A stretch of 64,000 bases of DNA, taken from NCBI GenBank assembly GCA_951406725.2, contig OX597821.1, positions 35,774,001 through 35,838,000 on the forward strand, written 5' to 3'. Positions 26,926 to 41,081 of this stretch are shown here, one piece after another. Position 1 is the stretch's first letter, and each line of letters begins with the position of its first letter. Below the pieces are notes generated by a model. That model did no database searches, was not told the DNA's origin, and saw nothing but the letters and a program-made list of their open reading frames with translations. The position numbers and the translations under genes are program-made. Source of the stretch: Octopus vulgaris. Lineage: Eukaryota.

Positions 26926-28149
26926 ACTTTATTTATTTTTAAAATACACTTTAGTAAATGTAACATGAATTACGGAGTCAACTTTACAGCTTCAGTGAGA
27001 GCTATTAATCCGAACAGTTTAATCAATAGAATTAATTACGCAAAAAAATTCTTCCTCTATCGTCATTCAATAATTAATATGTAGAACAATTACTTCATAC
27101 ATACATACATACATACACATACATACATACATATACACACACATATACACACACACATTCACACACACACATACAGACACACACACACATACGCACACAT
27201 ACATACATACATACACACACACATACACACATACATACATACATACATACATACATACATACATACATCATCAGGTGATCATATATCCGAAAAAGAAAGC
27301 ACACCCTAAACGTGACAGCAGTAATGTGTTTACAGGAAGTTAGTTGGATGGCCAGTCATTGATTGACCAATGGTTCGCATCCATTAAGCTGTAAGCATAT
27401 GGCTTAGTTCCTGTTGACGAATTGGAATGTGGCACCGTTTCCTGAACAACTGTACCAACCTTATATTTTAAGGTCTAACAGGAAATGACTCTTCCTAAGA
27501 AGAAATGGCTCTCCCCTTTTGCGTCTTACTGTTATCTTTTCTTTTCCGGTTTTCAGTCTTCCACCTTTTATATCTCCTTCTTTCTCGCCTTTTCTCAGAT
27601 CTTCTCTCATTTTATCGTTCCATTTTTAGGTGTTGTTTATCCATACTTATCACGTGATGCACATTTTTGATATAACAGATGTTTAAAACGAGTCATTATT
27701 TACTTGACTGTAATTTTAAATGAATAATTATATTTATTCTAATTTCATTAACACAAAAAAAGTATATTATATTGTATATAATATAATATTATATTGTATA
27801 ATTTAATGGTATGAAGTATAAATTTTTATTATATAATTTTGATTTTGTCTTAAATGCATTTGACTTATGCTTTAAATATGTAAAAGAAAATAATATATGA
27901 TTTGGTATACATTGAATAAATTTATCGTAAAGCTGATCTTATTTGCATAAACAGATTTGCCATTGGCTTATAACGAGTGAATAACGGTTTTTAAAAATAA
28001 TATCTTTGGTAAATTTTATTAAAATAATATCTTATTTACGGTTCTTCTGGGGGTTTTCCGAACTCATGAATACATGAAAATAATATAAGAACATAACTTT
28101 ACATAAGTTTATTTTCTTCTGAAAAAATTCGTAACTTTTTGATAAATTA

Positions 28150-28300
28150 TTTTTACGTACACATTACTACAAGAACTTACTACTTGAATGGACCATAAAC
28201 AAAACTTGACTTAAACAGGATTTAGATAATCCTATCAGGTGATGCTATTAAGTTAGACATGGCCTGGACGAATCTTTGGTCGAAACATATCTACGTTTAT
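28150..28300 (+). mobile_element. 3' terminus of the same CR1/L2-like LINE family as 22885-24487
   Basis: ggatttag.taatcctatcag...ttaagt.agacatggc.tggac.aa..tttggtcgaaa.atatcta is shared with 24400-24487. Confidence 0.8.
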
Positions 28301-28418
28301 ATATATATATATATATATATGCAGTACTACCAACAGGATAAGCAGTAGCATGGTAGTATAATCGTGGTGATCATTGTCGACTCCTTGTCAGCAGCACTTG
28401 AAATTCCATCGTCGTTGT

Positions 28419-28740
<322 letters not shown>

Positions 28741-30244
28741 TCAAGAATGAAAGCTTATATGAAATGTCTTATTTTATTGTAGTTGAATATAACTCATCAT
28801 AGCTTGTCTGATACATCAGATCATAAAGAATTTGAAGAAAATTATTACAGCTATCGAACTTTTTTTGTTTATATAATTATTTACAAATATAAGGCCTTGG
28901 TGTCTTAGTTGTAGAAGTAGTAACTGTTGTTGTTGCTGCTGATGCTATTTGTATAAGCTACAGGTGAAAAGAAACCTGAAGGTAACGACCTATGATTAGA
29001 TGCATTCCAGCACTGACCTTCTCATCATCTTACGTTCACCTAGATCTAACGTAAATGCGGATGAAAAATTTTGAAGAGGATTTCGCTACTTTTTCTAAGA
29101 GTTGGAGAGACCATGAAGGGTTTAACTAACTAAGGTTCACCTTCGTTAGCTGCATTACCCGACTACGTATCATTTATGAAATGAATATCGGGATAGAATT
29201 AGTTTTTGTATTGAAGCCACTGAGAATAAGTTATTTATCTTACTTTCAATGGTTTCTATGTGAACTCATGTTTTTCAGGGTATCGTGTTACTGTCATTAG
29301 CTATGTTTACACTGATTTACTTTACTCGTAGTTTTCTTTATAACAAAATAATATACCGTAATCTATTTAATGTCTGTCTAGAATCCTTTCAACTTGCATG
29401 TAGGACAAACATAGATATAATACACTGGTTAAATAATTTTCTTAATTCTCTTATTCTCATTATTTGGTTGTTTCTCTTGCACATTCTTGTTAACAAGAAG
29501 CGTATAATATAACTTAAGTTGCTCTATTTTCTGCTAATGTTTATGGAAGAAGAAACATTAGACGAATATAAGTATAAATGCGGTTTAGTTTAAACATCAG
29601 TGTTGAATATTCTGCTTAGACGTCAATGCCTGCTATATAATTGTTAATACTTTAGGATTTGATTTAAAATTTACGTACGGTTATAACTTTCTAGCTCATA
29701 GAAACGGACACTATTCTTTCAAAGGTTGTATCGAAAACAGAATTCTATCTGAGTTTACGTTGGTGCAAATTAACTTTAAATTCTCAGCCTTTAATTCAAT
29801 GATATTCATTCGAGGTAGTTCATAGATGAGTTATCTTTATTTTGGAAAGTAACCGTTATGAAGGAATATTTGTTTTAGTGATATAATAACTACTAGAGCT
29901 GCCAAAATAGTGAGATTGCAATTACGATCGTAATCGCATCGTTCCGGATTTGATATATCTTCTCGTTACGTTGGCAAGTATATTCTACTGTAGCCTTGAC
30001 TCGACCACACTCCGTGGATGGAATTGCGTAGATTGAATCATTAATGGAGTTAAAAACGACATCAATGTACTCTTAATATGAAGAAGATGCTATCATTAAA
30101 TCATTAATGATAATAATAATAATAAACACCCTGCATAAATCTGCTTCTTCAACATAATGTTTGAAAGAGAAGTGCCCAGTTATATATAAATTTGTAGTTC
30201 ACATATACATGCATATGCACACACATATACATATAAATATACAG

Positions 30245-30309
<65 letters not shown>

Positions 30310-31566
30310 TATACACAGGGAAAAGGAAAATTTCGATGACTTCGTGTGCGGGACTAGAAATAAAATCTGACATGTTGAAACTGACTGGTGATTTGTACGA
30401 AAAATATATATGTTCTTTGTATGTCTTCATTCGTGTATGCCAGTATGAAAGGATATGATGAGTCGTAACAATCTATGTAGTAAGGTAACAGCTATTTGAT
30501 TAACAGAAATTTTTTAAAAATATATTCCAGGTTACAAAATAAGCAATGAGGACGATATTATCGAAAATGGTGCTCCATCATGGGCATAATCTGAGGAGTG
30601 GGGCCAGTCAAAAGAATGGATGTGGTGCTTTAACGTCGCTATTGTGTAGGGAAAACTGCTCTGTAATCGCCTAAATAACGCCTTTGTACAAAACTAACGG
30701 AGGCAATTCTTGTCAAAAAGTTCTGACTCATAGTTCTACTCAGTGTAGAATCACATGAATCAATGGGAGATATATTTGCTTTAATCAGAATGTATTAAGG
30801 TCAAGAAAACTTAAATACTTGTATTGCTACATAACAAGATTATTTTTTGTCAAAAAATAGCGATTTTTTCAACTATAAACTAGAAGTATATAATTATGCA
30901 AACATAACGCACAGCTTTTTTCTCCTTTTGTGTGAAAGAAAGAAAATAAATACGATATTTTACGATCTTTTATATTCTCTGATTTTTATGAAAGCCTAAA
31001 AGTAAAAAAGTAGTAAATAAATAAAAAAAGAATCCTTGCATACATATGTAAAATGCGTTTCATTTATAGCAAGATTCAGTGAAAAGCTAAATCCTAGTTC
31101 ACACCCACACCCTTTCTATATTCGTCGTTCTCTGACAATATTACTTTACATTAGCTATTCACTAACACACGACTGCATTTGGAAACCGTAGCATATCTCG
31201 ACTGAACACTTGGGAGTTTTAAAAGTTTAACGCCAACGATTACCAACCAAAGGAAAACGTCCAAATCTATTCAGGCAATATGGAAAAGTAAGAAATTATT
31301 TAGGTGTTATTGCTTGTAAAATTATTACTCTTCATTGTTCTATATTTTGTGGTTTCAGATACAGCCCTGCTGTCATGCTCATACAAAACTTTTTAATCCA
31401 TCGTATATGTTAGAGTATTTGTTTCAGTTTTTGTATTTATTTCATCAACTCTCTAATTGACAATCTGCTATGCAAAATGACATAACGGAGCTCAACATAT
31501 GCACGCTTACACATACATACACACACGCTTACACACGCTCACATACAGATGTACATATGTGTGTGA

Positions 31567-31613
31567 GTGGCAATCTGATGAAGGCGAGTAAGCTGAAACC
31601 TGTAAGTCGCCGC
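31567..31613 (+). ncRNA. Degenerate type I hammerhead-like motif
   Basis: gtggcaat-CTGATGA-aGGCgagtaaGCT-GAAAC-ctgtaa-GTC-gccgc. Canonical core and GUC triplet; stem I is out of register. Confidence 0.55.
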
Positions 31614-32359
31614 TGACTTTCCCTTGTAAGATTTTAATGAAAGTACATTGTAGAAATTCTTCAGTTTTACGTTAGATCGTTTTTTTTTTTACACAAGTTC
31701 ACACATACGTACACACACACATACACACACACACACACACACACATATAAACAGCCATGCGCAATGTGTTATCACGAAGGAAAAAAATATAATCGTCAGT
31801 AAATGGGGCTGAGAAACAAGAGCTAACTGCTCTAATGTTGTAAGAAAAGCACATGATTGTATGCATATATGCTCATAGGAACACCGATGGATATATGTGT
31901 GTGTGTCTGTGTGTGTTTGTGCGCGTGTGCATACATAGATAATATATACATACATACATACATACATACATACATACATACATACATACATACATACATG
32001 CATACATACATACATAGACGCTCGACGAGATTTCGTACAGTTTGCGTACCAAATCCTACGTAAAACGTATTGATTAAACTACCTAAGATCTGTATGCCTC
32101 ACATTTACGTCGAAATCAGATCGTGGTTGGTTGGTTTCAAAGCAAATTTGTTAAACGCACGATTTTGCCAAGTATTTTCTGCTCCTATGTGGATTTCCTG
32201 ATTTCTTATTTCCCAAAATCTGTCGGAACCTTTGGTTTCTAAGCGCTTAATGGCTTCGTTACGTCTAGAGAGAACACGATTACGTGTCCCAGTTAAAGCT
32301 TGTCAAATTTCTGAATTAGTTAGAAAATGTTTACATTCAAACCAATGGGCAATCAACTT

Positions 32360-32564
32360 ATTCTGTATTTACGGACTAATTTACGAAGCACTCCTTCGAA
32401 AGATTTTAGTTGAACAAACCGATCCATTACATACTTTAAGGCGTAGGACTTATGCTATCCCCCTCTTTTGCCGAATCGCAAGTTTATGGAGACGTAAGTA
32501 ATACAACACCGATTGCCAAGTGATAGCAGAGAGCAAGTATAAAAAAGATAATCCGTACACAAAT

Positions 32565-32631
<67 letters not shown>

Positions 32632-32685
32632 AATATATATATATATATGTATATATGTATATTTATATATATATATATATTTATG

Positions 32686-32716
<31 letters not shown>

Positions 32717-32893
32717 GTATGTGTGTGTATACGACGGGTTTCTTTCAGCATCCGTTTACAAAACACACTCTCAGACCTTTGGTCGACCCGATGTTATAGA
32801 AGAAGACGCTTGCTCAAGTGCCAAGAAGTCACACTGAACCCGAAAACATGCTGCTGGGAAGCAAGCTACTCGTCATACAACCAAACCTGTGCT
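32360..32893 (-). mobile_element. Degraded tRNA-derived SINE
   Basis: Similarity to 10153-10590. Confidence 0.75.
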
Positions 32894-32994
32894 TATGTCA
32901 TATTAGTTTCCTTCTTCTGTATAAGCATTCTGCAAAATACATCAAGGAATTACATGCCATTCTATGCTTCCTTTCACGTTTATGCACTCACAAA

Positions 32995-33437
32995 TCTATA
33001 CATATAAAGCTGAAGTTGTCTGTGTGTGTGTGGCAGGTTTGGTAGCCTTCAACTAACACTATCTTTTCCGAGACCCTGCGGCGCAAGTTAACCAAAATTG
33101 AAAGTATGATAGAAGAAGACATGCTCTTCATTCCGTAGAAGAAAAAAATTCAAATCGGACCATGTTAAGAGCAAAAATTATTTACATCAGAAAGGTGCTT
33201 TTTTTCTATGGAAATCCCTATTTTTTACGATATTTTGACTGCAGTGTCGCCTTTTTTCGGTGTATTTCAACCAGAAAAATGTTCACTTAAAGAGAATACA
33301 CAAGCTACATAATACAAAACTTTTACTTTTCAAAAAAGATTGAAACTATGTCAAAACTTTGTTAACGCGATATCAAAGTCTGCCGTTTTAAGTGCAACTA
33401 AAAAACAAACCAGAGCAACGCCGGGCTATACTGCTAG
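32995..33437 (+). mobile_element. Non-autonomous Helitron-like element
   Basis: A|TCTATACATATAAAGCTGAAGTTG...ccagagcaacgccggg-ctatactg-CTAG|T. Termini are shared with 44405-44699. Confidence 0.75.
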
Positions 33438-33770
33438 TATTTTCTAAAGTATGTTATTTGACTCAATCTGCCTCAACCTACTGCTAATTTGCTTTTAAAT
33501 CACTGTAAATATATTGCATTAAAATGTATATATTTCAATGCATTCTATTGACATTCGATATATCATTTAGGTCAAAGTTTGTTTACATATACTTTAAACA
33601 ACTTCAGCAAACTATTTGAATTACTGTTTCTTTAATGTATTTCATTAATTTTTAAAAAAACATTTTCCTGTTTGCCTATCTTAGTTTTTCTCCTCTTTTT
33701 TCCTTCGGCTCGCTCTTTCATTCCTCAAAGCTCATTCTTCCGTTGCACGTAACCTTTTTCTTAACAAAGC

Positions 33771-33992
33771 TTCTTCTTCTTCTTCTTCTTCTTCTTCTTC
33801 TTCTTCTTCTTCTTCTTCTTCTTCTTCTTCTTCTTCTTCTTCTTCTTCTTCTTCTTCTTCTTCTTCTTCTTCTTCTTCTTCTTCTTCTTCTTCTTCTTCT
33901 TCTTCTTCTTCTTCTTCTTCTTCTTCTTCTTCTTCTTCTTCTTCTTCTTCTTCTTCTTCTTCTTCTTCTTCTTCTTCTTCTTCTTCTTCTTG
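33771..33992. repeat. Pure (TTC)n/(GAA)n tract, ~74 units
   Basis: Direct reading; uninterrupted. Confidence 0.97.
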
Positions 33993-34248
33993 GAATGTTG
34001 ACACACGCATGCATGTGCGTACATGCATATATATAATAATTTAAAAGTCAATAAATCGATATATATAATTAAAACATCAATAAAAGAAAATGGAGAAGAA
34101 AAATTAATAAGATGCTTGGTTTGTTTTATTTGTATTAGAATTGGAAAAGTAATGCAAATTAAAAGATGCAAAATATACCTATAATAGTATAAAATGAACC
34201 GCCTCAACCATCAAAATAACCCCAAAATATCCTCCCCAAAAGATATTC

Positions 34249-34330
<82 letters not shown>

Positions 34331-34719
34331 AAGTAGATAAATGAATTATCTTATTACGGATAATTCAAATGATAACCGATACCTGGGTAGCAAAAATCAC
34401 AACAGAAAAAGCACGGTTGAAGTTACGACCATGGGGCATAAAAACCGTGCCTTAGTGCGGAAATTTGAAGTTTTATATATTGAGTGTAGGAAGAAATGGA
34501 GCTGAACGAAGATTTAACAAAATTCCCTTTCTTCCTACACTCTCTATATATATATATATGTTCCGGTACAACAATATTTAAGAAACATCAATGATTATAA
34601 CTTCAAATGATGCAATAATCTGTATTTTATTAGATCTTATTTTGACTTGTCTAGTATTATTATTAGTTCTTGATTGTTGTATTGTTTTTGCAGTATTGAA
34701 TTTGCTTCCACAAATTCTG

Positions 34720-34930
34720 AATGAGCCGCGTGTTTACCGTTGGCGATTTTTTTCCTGCGTCTTCCCTTCTTTGGATCTTTCCTTTTCCTATGTTTCTGAC
34801 GAAGACTTCCGCTCGAAACGTTAAATCCTCCTTCTTTCCTTCCTTCCTGAGCGTCCAATAATACTACATTTGTTCCATGTCCTCGCGTTGCTGTGTTTTC
34901 TCTTTGTGTTTTCATGTTTGGATTAACGTT
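34720..34930 (+). mobile_element. Short Penelope pLTR-like element with a minimal hammerhead at 34790-34828
   Basis: CTGACGA-agacttccgctc-GAAAC-GTT. Flanks match the reverse complement of 11420-11605. Confidence 0.7.
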
Positions 34931-34933
34931 TTA

Positions 34934-34966
<33 letters not shown>

Positions 34967-35409
34967 CATGGATGCGATATTGTATTGTCTGTGGCGAGAA
35001 ACACACAAGTGCTAACTCAGTGATAGGAATCATTGAACCGTGAAGAATCTAATTCTTCACGCTCCTCAGATCCGGTTGATTTTGCCGAATGCCGTCCCTC
35101 AGACGCTTCAAAATCTCGCAATACAATTCTCGATTGACGGTCTGGCTCTGGGAGATGAATTCCCGATGGCCAATACCGTGAATGATGAAAAACACGATGT
35201 AATTACTCTCGACTGAGATGCGGGTCTGTCGTCCCTTCTTCGGTCCTTAAGATGAAGGGCTCCTCCTTTGTGATGACTGCTACTTCGTCTCAGTGTCGTA
35301 GCCTACTAATCTCAATATATGTATGTGTGTATGTATGTATGTATGTATGTATGTATGTATGTATGTATGTATGTATGTATGTAGGTAGGTAGGTAGGTAG
35401 GTATGTATG

Positions 35410-36110
35410 TATGTCATTGTTCAGTTTTATTTCAAGAGCTTTTGGCAATATAGAAAGAGCTGGTTTCTAACATAGATCCAAGACTCCATTGGAATTTCAA
35501 CATCAACAATAGGGTGTTTTTCTATGCATGTGTGTATTCATGTATGTATTTCATTATTCAGTTTATTTCAATATTTTTTGTTAATAGAGAACGAACCACT
35601 CCTTCGTTGAAATTTCAACATCAACAACAGAGTTTGTATGTATGTATGTATGTATGTATGTATGTATGTATGTGTGTGTGTATGTATGTATGTATGTATG
35701 TATGCTTGTATGTATGTATGTATGCATGCATGTATGTATATATGTATGCTTGTATGTATGTATGCATGTATGCTTGTATGTATGTATATATCTATGTATG
35801 CATGTATGTAAGCATTTATGTATGTATGCATGCATGTATGTATATGTGTAGATATGAATTGCTTTTTGCATGTATTCTCATGCGTATAGTTTCATATCTA
35901 GACATGCTCATACATATTTTAAATGATAAGGTGGAAAATTTTACTGATTTTTAGTTCCAGTGATAGTTTGGCTCTGTAGTCTTCGAATTAGCTTTCTTCT
36001 TTCTGGTTTTGAGAAGCTAATTTCTCAATATTGGTATCTAGGCAGTGTGTAACATATCCCAGGACCCCAATAATTACAGGTATAAACCTATACTTGTAAT
36101 ATGGATAGAT
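35410..36110 (-). mobile_element. Second 3' fragment of the RLE-LINE family seen at 9150-10030
   Basis: Shares ctgtagtcttcgaattagcttt...ccccaataattacag and the 3' UTR ttggaatttcaacatcaaca (partly duplicated here), embedded in (TATG)n. Confidence 0.85.
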
Positions 36111-36643
36111 GTATGTATATATTTATATATGTATGTATATTTGTACATACATACGTCTACATACTAGTCTAAATACTAGTGGAAGATGCAATTTACTATG
36201 TGACATGTAGAGACATGTATGATTACACCTGTACAAGTTCCGTTTCCTGCAACAAACAGAAGTGGGTTAGGGAACATTTTTAATGAACATGCCTCATAAT
36301 TAAATTTTGGCTGTCTATTTACTTCTGTCGTGTCTGTGTATATGACCATCTGGATTAGAATTTTATAAAAACTGGCTTGAGAAATAGTGTTAAAAATCTA
36401 CATATTTTAACATGTTTCCCACCACAAACATTCAAAGGTTACATACCATTTTCATAATACGGATTTATTAGCTTTGAAATATCTCCCAGCGAATAACAAT
36501 TTCCAATGACACTATACCGTCGTAACACTCTGCGTGTTATGAAACAAGGGTAAACTAAATGTCTGAAGATAGGCATGGGTATTTCCACTAGTATTTATTT
36601 GTTTTTGTATATCACAGCTGCTGAAGTGGAATAAGGTGTTATA

Positions 36644-37924
36644 ATGGAGGCAGTTGAATGCAGATCAGTGGTAGGGTTCTTATATAGGGAAAGTTTACGA
36701 AAAAAAAAACCAAAAGACGAAGACAGGTTGTGTACAAAACAAACATGTATTAGTATAACGCTCAGGAATAGAAAAAGTCTTTTACGTTTCGAGCCTACAC
36801 TCTTCTACAGAAAAGGACATAGAAAAAAGGAGAGAAACAAGGAGAGAAAAAATGTGTAGTGGCTAACGATCTATCATGGAAAAGAGACTTTCGATGTGAT
36901 GAAAGAAGTTTATGGTGACGTTGTACTATCATACGACATAGTCAAGCATTGGTCTCGCCAGTTCAAATGTGGTCAGACATCAGTGAAAACTACTCTTATT
37001 CCTAGACGAATACTTTCTACCATTGAGGACGACACCATCCATAAAGTGGAAGCCGGTATTTTGGAGGATGACCAAATAACCATTCGGCAACTAGCCCAAG
37101 AAGTGAAGATAAGTGTAGGATCCGCGGAAAAAAAAGCATGCACGACTATTTGTACATGCGGAAGGTGCTTGCACGATGGATTCCACGGATGCTCACCCCA
37201 TTTCAGAAGCCGGAACGGGTTAATTGCTCCCAGGATCTTTTAGCAATATCCCAAGAAAACGGTAGACTTATCACAGAGGATGAAATATGGGTCCATAACT
37301 ATGATCCTGAGACTAAATTCTAGTCGAAGCAACGTAATTATTTTAACTCACCAACTTCATAAAAGGCTCATGTCCAGCCCACAGCAGGCAAGATGATGCT
37401 CATAATCTTCTGGGGCCAGGGTGGAGTAGTGATGATGGATTTTCTGTCAAAGGGCACCATAATTAACGGGGCATATGATATTTCACTGCTGCAGAAACTG
37501 CGGAACGCTATTAAAGCAGAGAAGGATGGCATGCTTACCAAAGTTGTCCGCCTCCTCTATGACAACGCCCCATTCACAATGTGCATGTTGCCCAGATGAA
37601 AGCAACTCCTGCGATTATGAATTCCTTCCTCCTCCCCCTTACTCTCCTGACCTTGCACCATCTGACTTCCCAACCATGAAGTCTTCTTTGAAGGGGAAGC
37701 ACTTTTCAGATAATGATGAACTTATTTACGAGATAAAGTCTTGGCTCCAGACACAACCTACTGACTTCTACAGATGAGATCTTTACAGCTGCATAAAATG
37801 ATGGCAGAAGTGTGTCACCATCGGTTGTAGTTATGTATAAAAGGAGTAATAACTATACCAAGTTTCGTTTATCCTAGTCCTTGGGAAGTGGATCAGAGCA
37901 AACCTTTAATGAACACCCTTCATA
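36644..37924 (+). mobile_element. Decayed mariner transposon (DD34D transposase pseudogene)
   Basis: MKEVYGD, WIPRMLT, ITEDEIWVH, YDNAP and PPYSPDLAPSDF with frameshifts. The right end reads ...aatgaacacccttcaTA. Confidence 0.9.
36695..36880 (-). mobile_element. pLTR-like insertion inside the mariner ORF with a hammerhead-like motif (CTGTAGA core) at 36777-36818
   Basis: Minus strand: gtcctttt-CTGTAGA-aGAGtgtaggCTC-GAAAC-GTA-aaagac. It interrupts the transposase between FLYRE and ETFDVMKEVYG. Confidence 0.65.
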
Positions 37925-39214
37925 TATCTGAAATTATACATTGAAATTATTAATTAATTATTATAATGTGAATATCTAATCTATAGTAGACATACCCTTT
38001 GCATTTTTCAACACAAGAGCCCCATTAGGCGTACTACTAGTCAGATGACGAATATTCTCTTGAGGAACTTGCCAAGTTTCAAGCAATAATCTCAAATGGT
38101 CTGGCCTTGAGGATGCTGTCTTGTTCTTTTTACAAGGTGCACTATCCATTATACCATAGATGTGTTCAATAGACATCATATCCGGTGATTGGCCTGGCCA
38201 TGGAAGCATTGCCATTATCGTCCAACCAACCTAGGGTATTTTTAGCCGTGTCACATGGAGCTCCATCTTCTATAGATAAAGTCTATTTAATCATTTCCGC
38301 ACTGGAGAAGATTGGAAGGAGTTTGTTTCTGCAATATGGACACATATTTACCTGAGTTTATGCTTCCCTTACTCTCCACTAGCTCTGATCGACCATTGCT
38401 CCAAATTGTTCCCCATACTACAAAATAGCCGCCGTGTTTCATTGTTAGCTGCAATCTTTTCAAGTGAAATTCTTGATCACAGTCTCCAGACCCACACTCG
38501 ATTACTAACAGAAAATACAGCAAATCTGGACTCATCAGAGAATATGACAGTGCCCCGAAATGTTACTGGCCTCTTCACTGGCCCAATATTTTCTCTGCTT
38601 GATGTTGGAAACTCGAAGAAGTGGTTTCCCTCTGGCTGCTCTGCCATAGTAGCCAAGGTTGCGGAGAAACTTGACAGCTGTTCTGGGACTGACATCAACT
38701 TGTTCTACTATGTCAGAGGCCTTGCAACGAGGATTACCGTCCACACTTCTCTTAACAAAGCGAAGGGTCCTGTCAGAGGAACTTAGTCGACATTGGCGAG
38801 GTGACGTGGACTCCTCCCTCTCTTTAGGGAATTGCACAATCCCTTCTTAAAAGCAGGATCCCAAGGTTTTCTGCGAGTTTACGCAAAGACGACCTTCATA
38901 TTGACCAATAATAAGTCCTCTTCTAAATTCGGACAGTTCCAAGGTTTCTTTTGCACATGGTGGGATTAAGCAGTCTCTTTTAGAACCTGAAGCATAAAAA
39001 TGTCAATTGATAAAATATATAATATTTTCAAATTAACATCGTTTATGTGTCGTCTATTTACTTCTGTCATGTTTGTGTACTTCATTTATTTCAGAATTTG
39101 TTTGTGGTATCCTTATGTTCTCAGATCCAAGGAAAATTAAGTTTCAACAGGCATTTCTGATTTTTATTTTACTTTGTTAACGTATATTTCTAAACAAATA
39201 CGGCTAGGTATTGT
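37925..39214 (-). mobile_element. Decayed Tc1 transposon
   Basis: ELSEFRRGLIIG, GYYGRAARGKPLL, VIFSDESRF, MKHGG..VVWG and WPGQSPDM.SIEH fall in shifted frames. Confidence 0.9.
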
Positions 39215-39604
39215 ACATGTTCTCATGTACAGAGGTGAAACTAATATGAAACTGAGGAAATATGTTGGTAGTGTGGATGCAGGCATAGCAAAAATATGAT
39301 TAAGCCGTTAGGTTCTCAATCGATTCCATTGCTTGGGATCCCAGGGAGATTTCTTTGGCGCTGACGGTGGCTGTGTAGGTGGCATTTATTGTATGATGTG
39401 TGAAGTAGTGAGATTTTTTACAGCTCTGTTTTGTTAGTGGCTGGGTCAGTAGGCGATGTGGTTTTCGGTTTCCTAAAGTTAGATTCATATGAGTGTGTAC
39501 GTGTATCTATATACTTACATACAGGCATTTGCTGTAAGCAAATGGATGTAATTTCAGAAATTTGATTGTTTATTCGTTTATTATATGTGTGTGTACATGT
39601 ATGC

Positions 39605-39637
<33 letters not shown>

Positions 39638-39717
39638 TGTATGTATGTATGTATGTATGTATGTATGTATGTATGTATGGATGGATGTATGTATGTATGT
39701 ATGTATGTATGTACATA

Positions 39718-39934
39718 TACGAGGGCGTGCTGAAGAATTACTGGTTTTAAGGGTGTCTGGAAAATCCTCATTTGAAGCCTAATTAGAGGCCCAAACATTT
39801 TGAATTGCTTTCAGAGTTTACAAAAACTGTGAGCTGCTGCAATAAGTATGTTGGATAAAATCATAATTAACTGATCCCCCTGTATTTTCTTTTACCCAAA
39901 GATCCAAAACCAGGAACTTTTCAGTACCCCTTTA
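39718..39934. mobile_element. Mariner-type MITE
   Basis: TA-cgagggcgtgctgaagaattactgg...ccaggaacttttcagtacccctt-TA, imperfect ~25-bp TIRs. Confidence 0.7.
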
Positions 39935-40035
39935 TATAAATATAAATATATACATATATATATATATATTTATGTGTGTATGTGGGCGTGGGAGTGTCTG
40001 GGTATGATATCTTATATGTATATATATATACATAT

Positions 40036-40088
<53 letters not shown>

Positions 40089-40837
40089 TACATGTATATA
40101 TATCCACATATAAGATATCATACGGAGACACTCCCACACCCATATACATATATATATATATGTGTGTGTACATACATGTATATATATCTACATATATATA
40201 CAAACATATATATATATATATATATAAGCATGTGTGTTTGTGTGAGTACGCGTCAGTGGTGTGCGTGCATGTTTGTGTGTGTGTGTGTGTATATGTCAAG
40301 ACTTTCAACTTATAGTAGTATTAATCAATAGTCTGTAAACTTTATTCCAGACCATGCAGCAAATCACAACCTTGACCCTTACCATTATATCTGCAAATAC
40401 TTTTGCTCTGATCCTTTGTAGCCATCTAGGTATTTTTTATGCATATCAGTTACTAGCTCCTAGTTCAATTCTCCTTTTTTTCCTCTTATTTGGTGAATAA
40501 TGACGAGACGCGAGTAGCTCGAATGTGCGAGAGAGAGGTTTAGGGTAATATAGCCAATTCCAGTTTTCAAAGGCGCTCCCCACTTTTGGACTGGGAAAGA
40601 ATGATGAAAGCTGCGTTGAAGTCTGCAGATTTTATGGATTTTTAAAATTTTGTCAAAAAAAAAAACCGAAAAAGTCATCAACTGATAGTTTTGGATCATG
40701 TATCTACCACTTCACAGACGCCAACTAATTGCTTGATACTTTGAGCCTTATATGCCTTTCTTTTAATATTGTATTGTATGTATTCCAAATAAAATTCCTA
40801 CAAAATTTTTTATGATTATATATTGGAATATTTTCAG

Positions 40838-40983
40838 TCCAGAAAAACCCAAGGGAGGTTTTACTACAAAGAAAGAGAAATGGCTTACCGTGATTCTGGT
40901 AATTCTCATTATCTGTATTCTCGGATTAATAATTGCGGTAATCGTTCTTGCCATACCAAAGGATGAATCTAAGGAAGAACAAG
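40838..40983 (+). CDS. M13 (neprilysin/ECE-like) peptidase exon: cytoplasmic tail plus signal-anchor TM helix
   Basis: ttttcag|T CCA...CAA G|gtttgt, 146 nt. Translates PEKPKGGFTTKKEKWLTVILVILIICILGLIIAVIVLAIPKDESKEEQ: basic residues followed by a ~24-aa hydrophobic helix (type II anchor). Confidence 0.85.
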
Positions 40984-41081
40984 GTTTGTAAAATACTTAA
41001 CATTCTTGACTTTTGCTCTCTGTCAGAGAAGCCAAGCAATATCGATTTTAAGTTTTAGATTATCGACCACATCATACTAAT

